DNA of 64,000 nucleotides from Octopus sinensis. Its lineage: Eukaryota. The notes beneath the pieces were generated by a model. The model made no database searches. It was not told the origin of the DNA and worked only from the letters and a program-made list of their open reading frames with translations. The stretch lies in NCBI RefSeq assembly GCF_006345805.1, contig NC_043009.1, positions 25,420,001 to 25,484,000 on the forward strand, written 5' to 3'. The translations under genes were made by a program, and so were the position numbers. This document shows positions 62,880 through 64,000 of this stretch, in pieces (position 1 is the first letter of the stretch; every line of letters begins with the position of its first letter).

Positions 62880-63500
62880 GTTTAAAATCAGCCACTGTTA
62901 TGTCGAGATTGAGTGGAGCAACAACTGGACTTGTTTGAAATGTGAACAGAGCTCCGAACCAGTCCTACACACGTTTGCTCAGTGTCTGTTCATCGACAAT
63001 TTGTGGTTTGTGTTGAACAGCTGTTATCGCATGTAAAATGAATCCAAGCTATCAGCTGGGTCTCTCGGTTAAAGATCGACCTGCTTCAATCGTTTAACAA
63101 AGAAGAACAGTTAGCCTTCATTTTAACGGCTATCGCTATGGTGGTTGTGTGGTTGACATTGCTTCTTCTTTCAGACCAAGCTCTCAGCAGCATCTTCAAG
63201 TACCACAGGAAGAATAAGGTGACAGTGGAGAAGAGAGAAATTTTATGAAAATTAGGTGAAAATCATGCTGTTTGTGTGGCTAAAAGAGCCTTTGACATTC
63301 CAGGTATAATCTGGAGGAGGGCACTCACTTTGGAGTGTCATGGTAATCTGAAGGTTTGTATGGGTGTCTTGAATGACCCAGTGTGGTGGATCCCTGTTTT
63401 TAGGGTTCTTGTCTTTTAATTATTATTTCTTTGGTTTTTTTTTTTTTACTTTCTATTATTATTATTATTATATTATTATTATTATTATTATTATCATTAT
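62880..63500 (+). mobile_element. Tx1/L1-clade LINE 3' fragment with (TAT)n tail
   Basis: TCLKCEQSSEPVLHTFAQCLFIDNLW is a CxxC...E...H...C...W knuckle. After frameshifts it reads SFNKEEQLAFIL...VVW...FKYHRKNKVTVEK, then a 3'UTR and (TAT)n at ~63455-63500. Confidence 0.8.
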
Positions 63501-64000
63501 TGTGATCTCCCTGTTTTGCTTCCTGTAAGTCTTCCTTCTGAATTCGTATTTTATCCTTGTACTGTTAACAATGTTTTGGCCCTTCTGGCCAATAAAATAA
63601 ATCCATATCATAATAATAACAACAAGAGCACTCAGAGAGTGCAAACCTCTGCCAAGGCAACACCAGTGTCCTCTCAACAATTAGTTGGAGATGATTTTTA
63701 GAATGAGAATATCTGAAATAAACTTGACTGCTCTCACAAATGAGAATACTAAAAATGAACCAGACCACTCTCAAAAATTAAGTTAAAAAAAAAAAAAACA
63801 GAAAAATAATCCAGAATCCTTGTCCAGTACCAGATCAATCCCCAAATCTAATCAGTTCATGCCAGTCATGAAGCCAAACATCCTTAAAAGTTTCATCCGA
63901 ATCCATCCAACTGTTCTTGAGATATCTTGTCCAGGGACTAACAAACAAACACGACTGAAAACAATACCTCTACTTTCGCTAAGGTGGAGGTAATACTCCT

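Overview
AT-rich, repeat-dense eukaryotic genomic DNA, most likely from an octopus or other coleoid cephalopod. This is an inference from the SINE, MITE and RTE repeat landscape, not a database result. Two spliced genes lie head-to-head and are both missed by the ORF track. The minus strand carries a complete three-exon V-ATPase 16-kDa proteolipid c subunit gene (ATP6V0C; CDS exons 19249-19324, 8603-8786, 6492-6699; 155 aa; likely polyA signal at 5390-5395). The plus strand carries the first two coding exons of PWP2/UTP1 (20115-20132 and 57329-57441), separated by a 37.2-kb intron; the rest of that gene is not found in the window. The two ATGs are 790 bp apart across a CCAAT/ETS/YY1-type bidirectional promoter. 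The rest is mostly SINEs, RTE, CR1 and Tx1/L1 LINE fragments, mariner, pogo and piggyBac-like MITEs, a Helitron/Helentron-like element, microsatellites and a ~1.9-kb tandem triplication. I found no clear novel protein-coding system. The best leads are a cryptic exon-like island in PWP2 intron 1, a 46-bp palindrome centred on a CLEAR/E-box in the V-ATPase intron, a dense nuclear-receptor site cluster, an asymmetric CpG-retaining domain, and an orientation-flipped tandem SINE array that could form dsRNA.
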